The position numbers were made by a program, and so were the translations under genes. Positions 47,314-56,857 of a DNA stretch of 64,000 nucleotides are shown here, piece by piece. The notes under the pieces are model-generated. The model searched no databases. It was not told the DNA's origin and saw only the letters and a list, made by a program, of their open reading frames with translations. The first letter of the stretch is position 1; every line of letters begins with the position of its first letter. Origin of the DNA: Gemmatimonadota bacterium (GTDB lineage Bacteria; Gemmatimonadota; Gemmatimonadetes; Gemmatimonadales; GWC2-71-9); NCBI GenBank assembly GCA_039591615.1, contig JBDHDH010000013.1:39-64038 (forward strand), in the 5' to 3' direction.

Positions 47314-49251
47314 ATGTCCGGCGAGCGAGGAGATCTGCGGTCCTGGGTGGAGCGAGCGTGGCGTCACGGCGTCGAGGCGGCTGGCAGGCTAGGCAGCCTG
47401 GCAGCCGCCAAGCTGCCTGGTGCCGTCAAGGGGGCTCAGCGGCTGAGCCAGACGACCCTCGGACGGCTACGCCGCGGCATGCAGACACTCGGCGAGCGGA
47501 CCCTTCCCGCTGTCTCTCGGGGCGTTCGGGCACTCGCGGACGTGCGGCGCTACGTGGTGGCCCGCTTGCCGATGAACGTTCGGCTCGACAGCATCAAGAG
47601 TAAGATCGTGGTCTTCGCTCTCCTGGCCACGCTCATCCCTACCGTCATCACCGCCGTCATCGCCTACGCGAACAGCAGCCGGGCGATTACCGGTAAGATC
47701 ACCGAGCAGCTCCAGCGGGCGAGTACCTCCGCGGCACGAGAGATGGACCTCTGGTTCAAGGAACGCGTCTACGACGTCAAAGTCTTTGCCAGTTCGTACG
47801 AAGTCACCGAGAATCTCGACGCGATCCGTCTCCTGGGCAGCAATCCTATGGGCGGGAACGACATGCAGGCTCGGCTCGGCGACTACCTCAACGCCGTGCA
47901 AGAGCGGTTCACCGACTATGACGAGCTGTTCGTGCTCGACCAGGCTGAGCGGGTTGTTGCGTCGAGTGCCCAGCACGTCGCATCAGAGGTGCGGCTCCCT
48001 CCAGATTGGCTGACAACCATTCGGTCGGGTCGTCCCGTCGTCGGCGATCCCCAATGGGATGAGCACGTTGGACGCACGCTTCTACCGGTCGCCGTCCCTA
48101 TCCAAGCGGCTGGTGCACGCTTGCTCGGTGCGCTCGTGGCAAAGCTCAACTTCGAATCGGTAGACGAGATCCTCACGCGATTCTCACCGGAAGACGCCGG
48201 ATACGTGTATCTAGTCACGTCAGCCGGGACACCGGTCGTCGGAGACTGGCCAGACCAACACGACTCGACAGCGGTCCTCGCCGCAACCGACGCCCTGTTG
48301 GCCCGCGAGGGGAGCGTGGTTTCGTACCTGGGCGCCGGTGGAGACCATGTGGTTGGCACGCTCAGGCGCGTTCCTCAACTCGACTGGGCGATCGTCGCCG
48401 AGATCCCGCGAACACATGCGTTTGCACCCGTTGCCCGGCTGCGAAACGTGACGGTGATGGTGGTCTCCGGGCTGCTGCTGGGAGTGGGCGCCATTGCCTA
48501 CGGCCTTGGCTTGCTCATCGTCCGCCCTCTGGATCGGCTCACCGCCGCTGCCGCCGAGGTCGCTCGCGGAGATCTGGCCGTCGACCTGCCGGTGGCCGGA
48601 GGCGGCGAGGTGGGAATCCTCACCGAGGTCTTCAACGACATGGTTCGGCGCCTGCATGAGGGGCGACAGAAACTCGATTCCATCAACGAGAAGCTCCGGC
48701 TCAAGAACGAGGAGCTGGGCCGCCTCTCGGTGACCGACGCGCTCACCGGCCTGTCGAATCGACGACACCTCATGGAGCTCCTCGACCAAGAGGCCCGGCG
48801 CTCGCGACGCATGAAGCGCCCCTTCGGCATACTCGTCGTCGATGTCGATCACTTCAAGCGTTTCAACGACAGGTATGGACACCTCGCGGGAGACCGCATC
48901 CTCACGAAACTCGCCACCCTGCTGAAACGCACGATGCGCGAGATCGATAGCGCGGCCCGCTATGGCGGAGAAGAGTTCGTCGTGCTCCTCCCGGAAACTG
49001 ATCTGGCGGGAGCGGTACAAGCTGGAGAGAGGATCCGAACGCGTCTTGCCCGAGAAACGATCTCGGTGGGAGAGGACGAGGTCACGGTTACTGTGAGCAT
49101 TGGCGCAGCTGAGTTCCCCACCGACGGCGAGGTCGCCGACGCCGTACTCTCCAATGCGGATGCCGCGCTCTATGAGGCCAAGCGACAGGGGCGAGATCGT
49201 GTGGCTCGCACTCGGCGCCCCGAAGCCGGGACGGCTAAGCGCGAGGCGTAG
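47314..49251 (+). CDS. membrane diguanylate cyclase (Cache-like sensor - HAMP - GGDEF)
   Basis: A TM helix and periplasmic sensor region precede a second TM helix. The HAMP segment is LTAAAAEVARGDLAV. The GGDEF domain has the RYGGEEF active site and an REID I-site. The start is uncertain (47266 GTG, 47314 ATG or 47572 ATG). Confidence 0.8.
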   Translation: MSGERGDLRSWVERAWRHGVEAAGRLGSLAAAKLPGAVKGAQRLSQTTLGRLRRGMQTLGERTLPAVSRGVRALADVRRYVVARLPMNVRLDSIKSKIVVFALLATLIPTVITAVIAYANSSRAITGKITEQLQRASTSAAREMDLWFKERVYDVKVFASSYEVTENLDAIRLLGSNPMGGNDMQARLGDYLNAVQERFTDYDELFVLDQAERVVASSAQHVASEVRLPPDWLTTIRSGRPVVGDPQWDEHVGRTLLPVAVPIQAAGARLLGALVAKLNFESVDEILTRFSPEDAGYVYLVTSAGTPVVGDWPDQHDSTAVLAATDALLAREGSVVSYLGAGGDHVVGTLRRVPQLDWAIVAEIPRTHAFAPVARLRNVTVMVVSGLLLGVGAIAYGLGLLIVRPLDRLTAAAAEVARGDLAVDLPVAGGGEVGILTEVFNDMVRRLHEGRQKLDSINEKLRLKNEELGRLSVTDALTGLSNRRHLMELLDQEARRSRRMKRPFGILVVDVDHFKRFNDRYGHLAGDRILTKLATLLKRTMREIDSAARYGGEEFVVLLPETDLAGAVQAGERIRTRLARETISVGEDEVTVTVSIGAAEFPTDGEVADAVLSNADAALYEAKRQGRDRVARTRRPEAGTAKREA

Positions 49252-49254
49252 CGG

Positions 49255-50049
49255 CTACGGGACCTCCGACCGATTCCGCACCAGGCTGTGGAAGATCCAC
49301 CCTTCTCTGCCCTGCTCGTCGGAGACACGGACCCACTCCTCGGTATGAGAACGGCCGACGAGCGCCGTGCCCGGGCTCGCGGTATAAAGGATCTCGAAGC
49401 TCAGACCGGGGCCCTTCCGAACGTTGCTCCGGCGGACCGTTTCGAGGGATAGTGGTAGCGCGAATCGCACCTCTCCCGCACGCATCGCTCCGCCGTCACC
49501 CCCCGCCAAACGCCCTTCTCCCGCTCGCGCAATGTTCCGCGCCTCGCTGGCCAGGTATAACGAGCCGCCATAGTTGTCTTGATTGAACTCCGCAGTGCTC
49601 ATCTGCAATAGCTGCTCGGCCTGCCCAATCTCGGGAGCCGTGTCCGGGCCTGCCGCGCGGAGCGCGTCCAGAGCGATCTCGGCTTCCGCCATGGCGGAGG
49701 CCGCCTCCGCACGACTCGCCGTGGTCTGTAGCCTGGCCATCGATCGCACGACCTCTTGAATCGCCTCGTTGAGGCGCCGCTGAAGCTCGACAACCTGCGC
49801 ATCGCGTTCCATCAATTGCAGCTGGAGCTGGGCGATTCGCCGCTCGAGCGCTGGATTGGGATCCGCACTAGCCTCGACCGTTACCGTATCGATCACCACC
49901 ACCGTATCGGGCACGGGTGTAGCCGCGACCTCGACCGTTTTACCCGCACACCCAGTCAAGCACGACATGACCAGACCAACCACGGCGACGACGTGCCAAG
50001 GGATGGCACGCGTTCGGCGACAAGGGGCCACCGGCGAACGTGGCTGCAT
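49255..50049 (-). CDS. lipoprotein with coiled-coil region and C-terminal bacterial SH3 domain
   Basis: Start at ATG 50049 with lipobox LTGC. The central part is Ala/Glu/Gln coiled coil. The C-terminus VRKGPGLSFEILYTASPGTALVGRSHTEEWVRVSDEQGREGWIFHSLV is SH3_3-like. Confidence 0.65.
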   Translation of the reverse strand: MQPRSPVAPCRRTRAIPWHVVAVVGLVMSCLTGCAGKTVEVAATPVPDTVVVIDTVTVEASADPNPALERRIAQLQLQLMERDAQVVELQRRLNEAIQEVVRSMARLQTTASRAEAASAMAEAEIALDALRAAGPDTAPEIGQAEQLLQMSTAEFNQDNYGGSLYLASEARNIARAGEGRLAGGDGGAMRAGEVRFALPLSLETVRRSNVRKGPGLSFEILYTASPGTALVGRSHTEEWVRVSDEQGREGWIFHSLVRNRSEVP

Positions 50050-50622
50050 GGTCACTGCGCCCAAGAACGATCCAGCCGGTACATGGTCGTTACCCCCTGT
50101 TCGGTGACGGGCGAACGCAAAGCGGCATGCGTAGCCACCAATCTGGGCTCCTCCGAGCGAAGACGCCCTCAGACCGTAATGAAGATATGCCGACGGTACA
50201 GCACGTCCAACGCCCATGACTAGAGCAGCACCACGGCCACGGCGAAGGCCGGGGGAAGCCGTTCAACGGAGCTGGACAGTATCGGCACCTCCTTCCGGTG
50301 AGGAATTCCCCAACCAGTCCGGGGACGCCCACGCGGGCGAGGGGATAGCCCCACAGGCGCGACGGGGCGGCGGACCGTCTGGACAGGGTTCTTCAGGCCG
50401 CCGTCTGGCATTCGCAACCTCCGCCGCTGTAGGACGTTACAAAGGCGGCGCCGGACTGTGTCCCGGGATCAGGCCGGCGCTCGCTTGCGCCAAAGCGGCC
50501 CGGCCGAGAGTTTTGGCTGTATCGACTTGGGCGTGGCGGGCGTCTGGGTCCCAGTCGCACCCCAACCGGGCCCGCGAATCACCTGATGCTCGTCGCGTGC
50601 CGCTCCCCCCGAGGAGGCTGTC

Positions 50623-51870
50623 ATGCGAGCGTTCGCCGTCCTTGGCCTCGTCGTCACGATGCTGGTCGTCGTGCCCGGACTCGAAGCCCAAGCCGCTGCG
50701 TCGGACAACCCCGCAGCGCAGGCCGCCTTTGAGCGTGGCCACGAGCTCTACCTCGACACCGAGTATCGCCAGTCGCTTCCGTTTCTCTACCGGGCGTACG
50801 AGCTCGACACCAGCTTCGTCGTTCCGCTGGTCTTTGCGGCGCTGAGCCACAACAACTTACAGGAATACGCCAACACGGACTCCCTCGTGCAGGAGCTCGA
50901 GAAGCATAGCGATCACCTGGACGACTACCACACGGGTTGGCTGGCCTATCTCACCGGCCGGATCACCGGCGACAACGAAGCGGCGCTGCGTGCGATCAGC
51001 CGCACCGCCAAGATAGCGCCTGGCACCAAGGCGGTGTACAACCAGGCGTGGATCGCCATTAGCCTCAATAAAGCCCGACAGGCTCGCGAGGCGCTGGAGA
51101 GCCTCGACCCCGCCACGGAACCGATGCGCGGCTGGTTTCCCTACTGGAACCAGCTCACCTGGTCCTATTACATGTTGGGCGAGTACGACAACCAGCTCGC
51201 CGCGGCCCGCAGGGCTCGTGAGTTCTATCCGACGAGCATGGCGGCCCTGTTGCTCGAGGCAGAAGCGCATGCTGCCATCGGGAGGGAGAACGACATCGAG
51301 AGGCTCGTCGAGGAAGGCAAGTCGCTCCAGCCCGCGGCCGGGCTGAATCTCGGCGGGCTGATGACCAACACCGCAACGATCCTGGCTGCGCGCGGGCACG
51401 AGCGAGCCGCCCGTCGGCTCCTCGACCAGGCGCTCGAATGGCTCGACCTGCAGCCCCGTGAGGTCAAGCTCTCCAATGATCATCGGAGTTTGGTCGCGTG
51501 GACGCTCTACAGCGACGGACGGTGGCCGGAAGCGCGGCGGGCGTACCGAAGGCTGGTCAAGGATTTCTCCGAGGACCTCACTTACCGTGGCCGCCTGGCA
51601 GTTGCTTCGGCGCGGGACGGTGACACGGACGAAGCGGAGCTGATCGCAACGTGGTTGGGGGGAGACACGGGGCCGTACGTCTTTGGAACCAACACGTACT
51701 GGCGCGGCCACATCGCAGCGGCCCTGGGACGAAACGCCGACGCCGTACGACTCCTTCGGGAGGCCGTCGCGGAGGGAATGCTCCTCCCACGACTCTTCCA
51801 GGTCGATCTCAACCTTGCGGAACTACGACAGGACCCAGCCTTTCAGGAGTTCGTGAAGCCGCGCGAGTGA
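50623..51870 (+). CDS. secreted TPR-repeat protein
   Basis: Signal peptide MRAFAVLGLVVTMLVVVPGLEAQA with a GAGGAGG RBS. Repeated helical A..Y...G motifs run through the protein. Confidence 0.6.
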   Translation: MRAFAVLGLVVTMLVVVPGLEAQAAASDNPAAQAAFERGHELYLDTEYRQSLPFLYRAYELDTSFVVPLVFAALSHNNLQEYANTDSLVQELEKHSDHLDDYHTGWLAYLTGRITGDNEAALRAISRTAKIAPGTKAVYNQAWIAISLNKARQAREALESLDPATEPMRGWFPYWNQLTWSYYMLGEYDNQLAAARRAREFYPTSMAALLLEAEAHAAIGRENDIERLVEEGKSLQPAAGLNLGGLMTNTATILAARGHERAARRLLDQALEWLDLQPREVKLSNDHRSLVAWTLYSDGRWPEARRAYRRLVKDFSEDLTYRGRLAVASARDGDTDEAELIATWLGGDTGPYVFGTNTYWRGHIAAALGRNADAVRLLREAVAEGMLLPRLFQVDLNLAELRQDPAFQEFVKPRE

Positions 51871-52000
51871 CCGTGCGGATCAATAGAGAACCAACCCCAA
51901 GGGGGCGCGCGCCGAGCAGAGACGCTGGCCCCTTTTGTCGTGTGAATCGATAAGAAAGTCACCGGCTAGCCTGGATCACCCGAATTCACCGAGGTGTTCG

Positions 52001-54460
52001 ATGCAGCGATTCATTGCACTCACCGTGCTCGCCTTGCTCGTTGGCGGCACGTCGCTCCATGCGCAGCAGTCGGAACTCGCCGCGGTCTACCGCACGCCGG
52101 ATCAAGTGCTGGTAGACATCGTCGACGCCACCCCAACTCCAGCGGCCCAACTCGGTCCCGGGAGCGATTGGCTCCTGCTGCTGGACGTGCCGAGCCTTCC
52201 GTCCATCGAGGAGTTGGCGGAACGCGAGCTCAGGCTCGCGGGCATGCGGTTCAAGCCGCAGATCAACGGCCGGAGCCGGACGCGACACTACACGGGTCTC
52301 GCGCTGCTCCGTCTCCGAGATCGCATGGAGCGGTCAATCACCGGCTTGCCCGAGAAGGCGCGCTTGGAACACGTGGAGTGGTCTCCCGACGGAAGTCGCA
52401 TCGCTTTTACGCACACCACTCCGGACGGAATCGAACTGTGGATGGCGGAGGTCGCTACGGGAGCGGCGCAGCGTCTGACCCCACCGGTCCTCAATCTCAC
52501 GATGGGCAGCGGGCCCGAATGGCTTCCCGACAGCCGCAGCCTCCTCGCGACCCTCGTCCCCGACGGCCGGGGTCCGGAGCCCGAAGCGCCGCGGAGACCG
52601 ACCGGACCCGTGATTCAACAGAACGTCGGCAAGACCGCCCCTGCTCGCACCTATCAAGACCTGCTGAAAAACGCGCACGACGAACGGGTCTTCGAGCACT
52701 ACGCTACCGCGCAACTGGCGCGAGTTAGCACCGACGGCACCATCGATCCGGTCGGCGAACCGGGTCTCGTCTGGCGCGCCGACCCGTCACCGGACGGGAG
52801 ATTCCTGCTCGTGGAGACGCTGCACCGGCCGTTTTCCTACCTGGTCCCGGCGTATCGGTTCCCGCGCCGAATCGACGTGCTGGACGTCGAGGGCCGACAC
52901 GTCTACAGCCTCGCCGACCTCCCGCTCCAGGAAGAGGTGCCCATCGCCTTCGGGAGCGTACCCACCGGACCGCGAAGCGTGGGGTGGAGGGCTGACGCAC
53001 CTGCGACTCTGGTATGGACGGAAGCCCAGGACGGCGGGGATGCGGGCCGGGAGGCAGAGGTTCGAGACCGGGTCTTCGCGCTCCCGGCTCCTTTCACCGC
53101 TCAACCCTCACCGTTGGCGACGCTCGGCCTTCGCTATGCCGGCATTCAATGGGGCACGGACGGCATCGCCCTCGTGTACTCGCGGTGGCGGAAGACGAGG
53201 ATGGTTCGAACCTGGGTGGTGAAACCGGGGGAACCGGACCGCGAACCGGAACTGCTCTTCGACCGATCCTCGGAGGATCGTTACAACGACCCCGGCAGCC
53301 CCGACATGAAACGCAATACCGCCGGGCGCTGGGTCATGAACACCGGAAGCGACGGATCAACACTCTACCTCATCGGGACCGGTGCCTCACCGCAAGGGAA
53401 TCGCCCGTTCCTCGATGCGCTGAACATCAGAACAAAGGAGACGAAGCGCCTGTTTCGATCCGCCGCGCCATCCTTTGAGCGACCGATTCAGGTCCTCGAC
53501 GATGCGGGCAGCCGCGTCCTGACACTGCGCGAGTCCGTCGAAGAGCCACCGAACTACTTCTTGCGGGACGTGCGACGCGATCGACTGCAACAGATCACCC
53601 AGTTCACCAATCCGACGCCCCAGCTCGCGGGGATGCACAAGGAGCTGATCGAGTATGAGCGGCGCGACGGAGTCAAGCTGAACGGCACGCTGTACTTGCC
53701 GCCGGGCTACGAGCCAGGGGATGGCGCACTCCCAATGCTCATGTGGGCATATCCCCGCGAGTTCAAGAGCGCTGACGCCGCGGGCCAGATCACCGACTCG
53801 CCGTACCGCTTCGACCGCCTCGGCGGCTGGTCCAGGGTCATCTGGCTCACCCAGGGTTATGCCGTGCTGGACGGCCCCACGATGCCGATCATCGGCGAAG
53901 CCGACGAAGAACCCAACGATACGTACGTCGAGCAGCTCGTGGCGAGCGCGGAAGCGGCGGTGGACGAAGTCGTGCGCCGTGGCGTCGCCGAGCGGGGCCG
54001 TATCGGCATCGGAGGGCACTCATACGGAGCCTTCATGACCGCCAACCTCCTGGCGCATTCCGATCTGTTCGCCGCTGGTATCGCCCGCAGCGGCGCCTAT
54101 AACCGTACGCTCACCCCGTTCGGCTTTCAGGCGGAAGAGCGGACCGTGTGGGAGGCGCCGGAGATCTACTTCGGCATGTCGCCGTTCATGCACGCCGAGA
54201 AAGTGAACGAGCCGATTCTCCTCATTCACGGCGAGGCCGACAACAACTCGGGCACATTCCCAATGCAGAGCGAGCGATTCTACAAGGCGCTCAAGGGTCT
54301 CGGGAAGACAACCCGGCTGGTGATGCTCCCCCACGAGAGTCACGGTTATCGGGCACGGGAGTCCATCCTCCACATGTTGTGGGAGACGCAGGAATGGCTC
54401 GACAAGTACGTCAAGAAAGCTGAGCCTGTGACTGAAAGGGTGACGTCGGAAGAGAGGTGA
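52001..54460 (+). CDS. secreted S9-family serine peptidase (prolyl oligopeptidase / acylaminoacyl peptidase type, beta-propeller + alpha/beta hydrolase)
   Basis: Start at ATG 52001 (MQRFIALTVLALLVGGTSLHAQQ). WSPDGSRIAF is a propeller repeat. The catalytic residues are in GGHSYGAF, IHGEADNN and ESHGY. Confidence 0.85.
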   Translation: MQRFIALTVLALLVGGTSLHAQQSELAAVYRTPDQVLVDIVDATPTPAAQLGPGSDWLLLLDVPSLPSIEELAERELRLAGMRFKPQINGRSRTRHYTGLALLRLRDRMERSITGLPEKARLEHVEWSPDGSRIAFTHTTPDGIELWMAEVATGAAQRLTPPVLNLTMGSGPEWLPDSRSLLATLVPDGRGPEPEAPRRPTGPVIQQNVGKTAPARTYQDLLKNAHDERVFEHYATAQLARVSTDGTIDPVGEPGLVWRADPSPDGRFLLVETLHRPFSYLVPAYRFPRRIDVLDVEGRHVYSLADLPLQEEVPIAFGSVPTGPRSVGWRADAPATLVWTEAQDGGDAGREAEVRDRVFALPAPFTAQPSPLATLGLRYAGIQWGTDGIALVYSRWRKTRMVRTWVVKPGEPDREPELLFDRSSEDRYNDPGSPDMKRNTAGRWVMNTGSDGSTLYLIGTGASPQGNRPFLDALNIRTKETKRLFRSAAPSFERPIQVLDDAGSRVLTLRESVEEPPNYFLRDVRRDRLQQITQFTNPTPQLAGMHKELIEYERRDGVKLNGTLYLPPGYEPGDGALPMLMWAYPREFKSADAAGQITDSPYRFDRLGGWSRVIWLTQGYAVLDGPTMPIIGEADEEPNDTYVEQLVASAEAAVDEVVRRGVAERGRIGIGGHSYGAFMTANLLAHSDLFAAGIARSGAYNRTLTPFGFQAEERTVWEAPEIYFGMSPFMHAEKVNEPILLIHGEADNNSGTFPMQSERFYKALKGLGKTTRLVMLPHESHGYRARESILHMLWETQEWLDKYVKKAEPVTERVTSEER

Positions 54461-54465
54461 GGGAA

Positions 54466-54542
54466 GGCAGAAGGCAGAGGGCAGAGGGCAGAGGGCAGAA
54501 GGCAGAGGGCAGAAGGCAGAGGGCAGAGGACAGAAGGCTGAG
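54466..54542. repeat. heptanucleotide tandem repeat GGCAGA(R), 9 clean plus 2 degenerate units, starting 6 nt after the peptidase stop codon
   Basis: ggcagaa ggcagag x3 ggcagaa ggcagag ggcagaa ggcagag x2 gacagaa ggctgag. Confidence 0.95.
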
Positions 54543-54646
54543 CGCTAGCCCCACGCGGCGCCCGAGCATGCGAGGAACAATCGCACAACGCTGTCGACAA
54601 CTGGAATGAAGGGACGGTCCGCCTTGACGATCGGGATCGAGTAATC

Positions 54647-55849
54647 ATGAATACCCAGGCTCGAACGCTCGGGTCTTTCCGTTCATTTATACCGCTGGCT
54701 CTGGCGGCGGTGCTGCTGACCCCTTGTTGCGCGCCGGACCGACCCCCCACCGCGGCACCGGGAGAGCCTCTGCCTGGCTTGACCGAGGAGGAGTTGACGC
54801 GCTTCCGTCAGGGTGCCGTCCTGTTCGACCGAGTGTTCACCCCCGAGGAGGGGTTAGGGCCGCTGTTCAACGAGAATCAGTGCAGTGCTTGCCACACCGA
54901 CCCCGCGAGTGGCGGGTCGGGCGGCGTACGAGTCGACAAGGCGACGCGGTTCGTGCCACCCGACTCGTGTGACCTTCTGTCGGGATCAGGAGGTGAAAAT
55001 GTCCGCAGACAAGCGACACCCCTCGTGAGAGCGCACGGGATCGAGCGAGAGCCTTTCCCGAGCGAGGCGACCGAGCGAGGGAGGTTCACCCCGCCGTTTC
55101 TCTTTGGCCTGGGTCTCGTCGAGGCCATTCCGGAACGGACGATCCTGGAGCGCGCGGATCCCGACGATTCGGATGGAGACGGCATCTCGGGACGCGCGGG
55201 TCGCACCCGCGACGGACGGTTGGGGCGTTTCGGTCGCAAGGCCGAAATCGCGACGCTGCCGGAATTCAACGATACGGCCCTGCGCCTGGAGATGGGGCTC
55301 ACCACGCCGCTAACACCGATGGAGAGCGGCTTCAGCGGTGGGCCGCTTCCGTCGGGCACGGACCCGGTCCCGGAACCAGAGGTCGATTCGACGACGACCG
55401 CGCGACTCGTGGATTTCGTGCGATTCTTGGCTCTGCCTGAGCGAGCTGACCGCGGCGCAGCGCACCGCGACTCGGTGCAGCGGGGAGAGCGTCTCTTCCA
55501 GTCGCTGGGATGCGCCGACTGCCATACCCCAGCGATGACGACGGGCCCCAGCGACGTCGAGGCCCTGAATCGCAAGACGGTCTACCTCTACTCGGATCTC
55601 TTGCTGCACGACATGGGGCCTGGCTTGGCCGACGTTTGCGGGATCGGTGCTACCCCGTCGGAGGTTCGCACGGAGATGCTGATGGGGCTGCGCTACCGCG
55701 ACGTGTACCTCCACGACGGCCGCGCCTCGGCCGACTTACCGGCAGCGATCCGGCGCCACGCCGGGGAGGCGCAGGCGGCCGCCGATGCGTTTGCGGCGCT
55801 GAGTTTGAGAGCCCAACTGGACCTACTGGTCTTTCTGAGATCCCTGTGA
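54647..55849 (+). CDS. DUF1111-type di-haem cytochrome c / putative thiol-oxidoreductase-peroxidase
   Basis: Two CxxCH motifs (NQCSACHTDP and LGCADCHTP) at the spacing typical of the family, plus an N-terminal signal/lipobox region. Confidence 0.75.
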   Translation: MNTQARTLGSFRSFIPLALAAVLLTPCCAPDRPPTAAPGEPLPGLTEEELTRFRQGAVLFDRVFTPEEGLGPLFNENQCSACHTDPASGGSGGVRVDKATRFVPPDSCDLLSGSGGENVRRQATPLVRAHGIEREPFPSEATERGRFTPPFLFGLGLVEAIPERTILERADPDDSDGDGISGRAGRTRDGRLGRFGRKAEIATLPEFNDTALRLEMGLTTPLTPMESGFSGGPLPSGTDPVPEPEVDSTTTARLVDFVRFLALPERADRGAAHRDSVQRGERLFQSLGCADCHTPAMTTGPSDVEALNRKTVYLYSDLLLHDMGPGLADVCGIGATPSEVRTEMLMGLRYRDVYLHDGRASADLPAAIRRHAGEAQAAADAFAALSLRAQLDLLVFLRSL

Positions 55850-56317
55850 TCGCCGAGGCCGCGCCCCCGCTTCAACTGCAGGGGTTTGCATGACTGGTGA
55901 TTGGGCGGTTGGCGAAGGGGAGACCTCCTGAAGCTCGAAGTTGGACGAGGTGGTAAGAACGGTGCTCTCGCCCGTGATCGTCACCTCGATGCGCCCTTCG
56001 TGCGAGCCAAGCCCGTACTGGGTGATCAGATCCTCGGCATCCCCCACAAGGAACTCGAACGGTCCGTCGTACAGTTGCCGAAGTGCCTGGCTTCCGTGCA
56101 CGGTGTTGTCGATGAGGGCCGTTACCGTGAAGCTGCGCTCCGGAACCATGAGGAGGAAGAAGTTGAAGCTGACGACATCACCTGCCTGCGCCGGATTGGG
56201 AACGACCTGAAGGGTCCCCACCTCGAACGCCTTGTCGCCACCGATATTGCAGCCCGCCGCGAGCAGGATCGAGACCACGGCCACCAGGGTGCACAATCGC
56301 ACAAATCGGGATATCAA
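55823..56317 (-). CDS. hypothetical lipoprotein
   Basis: MISRFVRLCTLVAVVSILLAAGC lipobox. The rest is beta-rich with no recognised family. Its 3' end overlaps the convergent DUF1111 gene by 27 nt. Confidence 0.55.
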   Translation of the reverse strand: MISRFVRLCTLVAVVSILLAAGCNIGGDKAFEVGTLQVVPNPAQAGDVVSFNFFLLMVPERSFTVTALIDNTVHGSQALRQLYDGPFEFLVGDAEDLITQYGLGSHEGRIEVTITGESTVLTTSSNFELQEVSPSPTAQSPVMQTPAVEAGARPRRSQGSQKDQ

Positions 56318-56337
56318 TTTCCCCTCTCACATCGTCG

Positions 56338-56748
56338 CTACTGGGAACCTCGTCGAAAGAACGCCGAGGATGCGATATTGGGCGGAATGCGGAGCTGGAT
56401 CACGTCTCCCGCCTCCAGGAGCAGGTCATCGGAATAGAACAGTCCTTCGGCCGCAATGAAGCTGATCTCGAAGGCCAGCCGGCGGGGCTGCCACAGGATG
56501 GGTGCGAGGGGAGCTTTCGTCTTTCCGACAATCAACCCCAGGGAGTATCGGGCACCGCTGTCGTAGACGACATAGACTCGGGCATCGCTGTAGTGATCGT
56601 TGATCACTCGAACATAGACACTGTCGTTCACCATCGGCACGGCCGCGTGCTGGATTTCTACCTCTCGGCTGCCGCCGCAGGCAATAGCACAGGTAACCAC
56701 GAGTGTCATCATCGTGGCGGGTACCCCGCGTCCAGGAGTTACTCGCAT
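56338..56748 (-). CDS. hypothetical lipoprotein
   Basis: TLVVTCAIAC lipobox-like N-terminus. 136 aa, no recognised family. Confidence 0.5.
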   Translation of the reverse strand: MRVTPGRGVPATMMTLVVTCAIACGGSREVEIQHAAVPMVNDSVYVRVINDHYSDARVYVVYDSGARYSLGLIVGKTKAPLAPILWQPRRLAFEISFIAAEGLFYSDDLLLEAGDVIQLRIPPNIASSAFFRRGSQ

Positions 56749-56857
56749 GAGTTGGGTCGGGCTCTCTCATTTCAGTCCTCTCGGACTACTCCACCCACGG
56801 AGCCACGATTTGTCTTGTTCACGGGAGCGCACGCCCCAGCGTCGAGCCGAGGAAGTC

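Noticed and set aside
50050-50622. A 570-nt gene-free gap examined for SRP RNA, RNase P RNA, tmRNA or 6S RNA.
   Set aside because: CACCGGAAGGAGGTGCC superficially recalls the SRP GGAA tetraloop helix. The conserved flanking GGAAGCAGCC / asymmetric-loop sequence is missing. No GAGGAAAGTCCGGGC (RNase P) or tRNA-like end was seen. The gap is left unannotated; an Infernal scan would settle it.
51899-51940. Possible terminator after the TPR gene (AAGGGG...CCCCTTTTG).
   Set aside because: Only a 6-bp stem enclosing a loop of more than 20 nt. It is too weak to report as a feature.
54466-54542. Heptamer arrays considered as a CRISPR array.
   Set aside because: The units are 7 nt and directly abutting with no spacers, and no cas genes are in the window.
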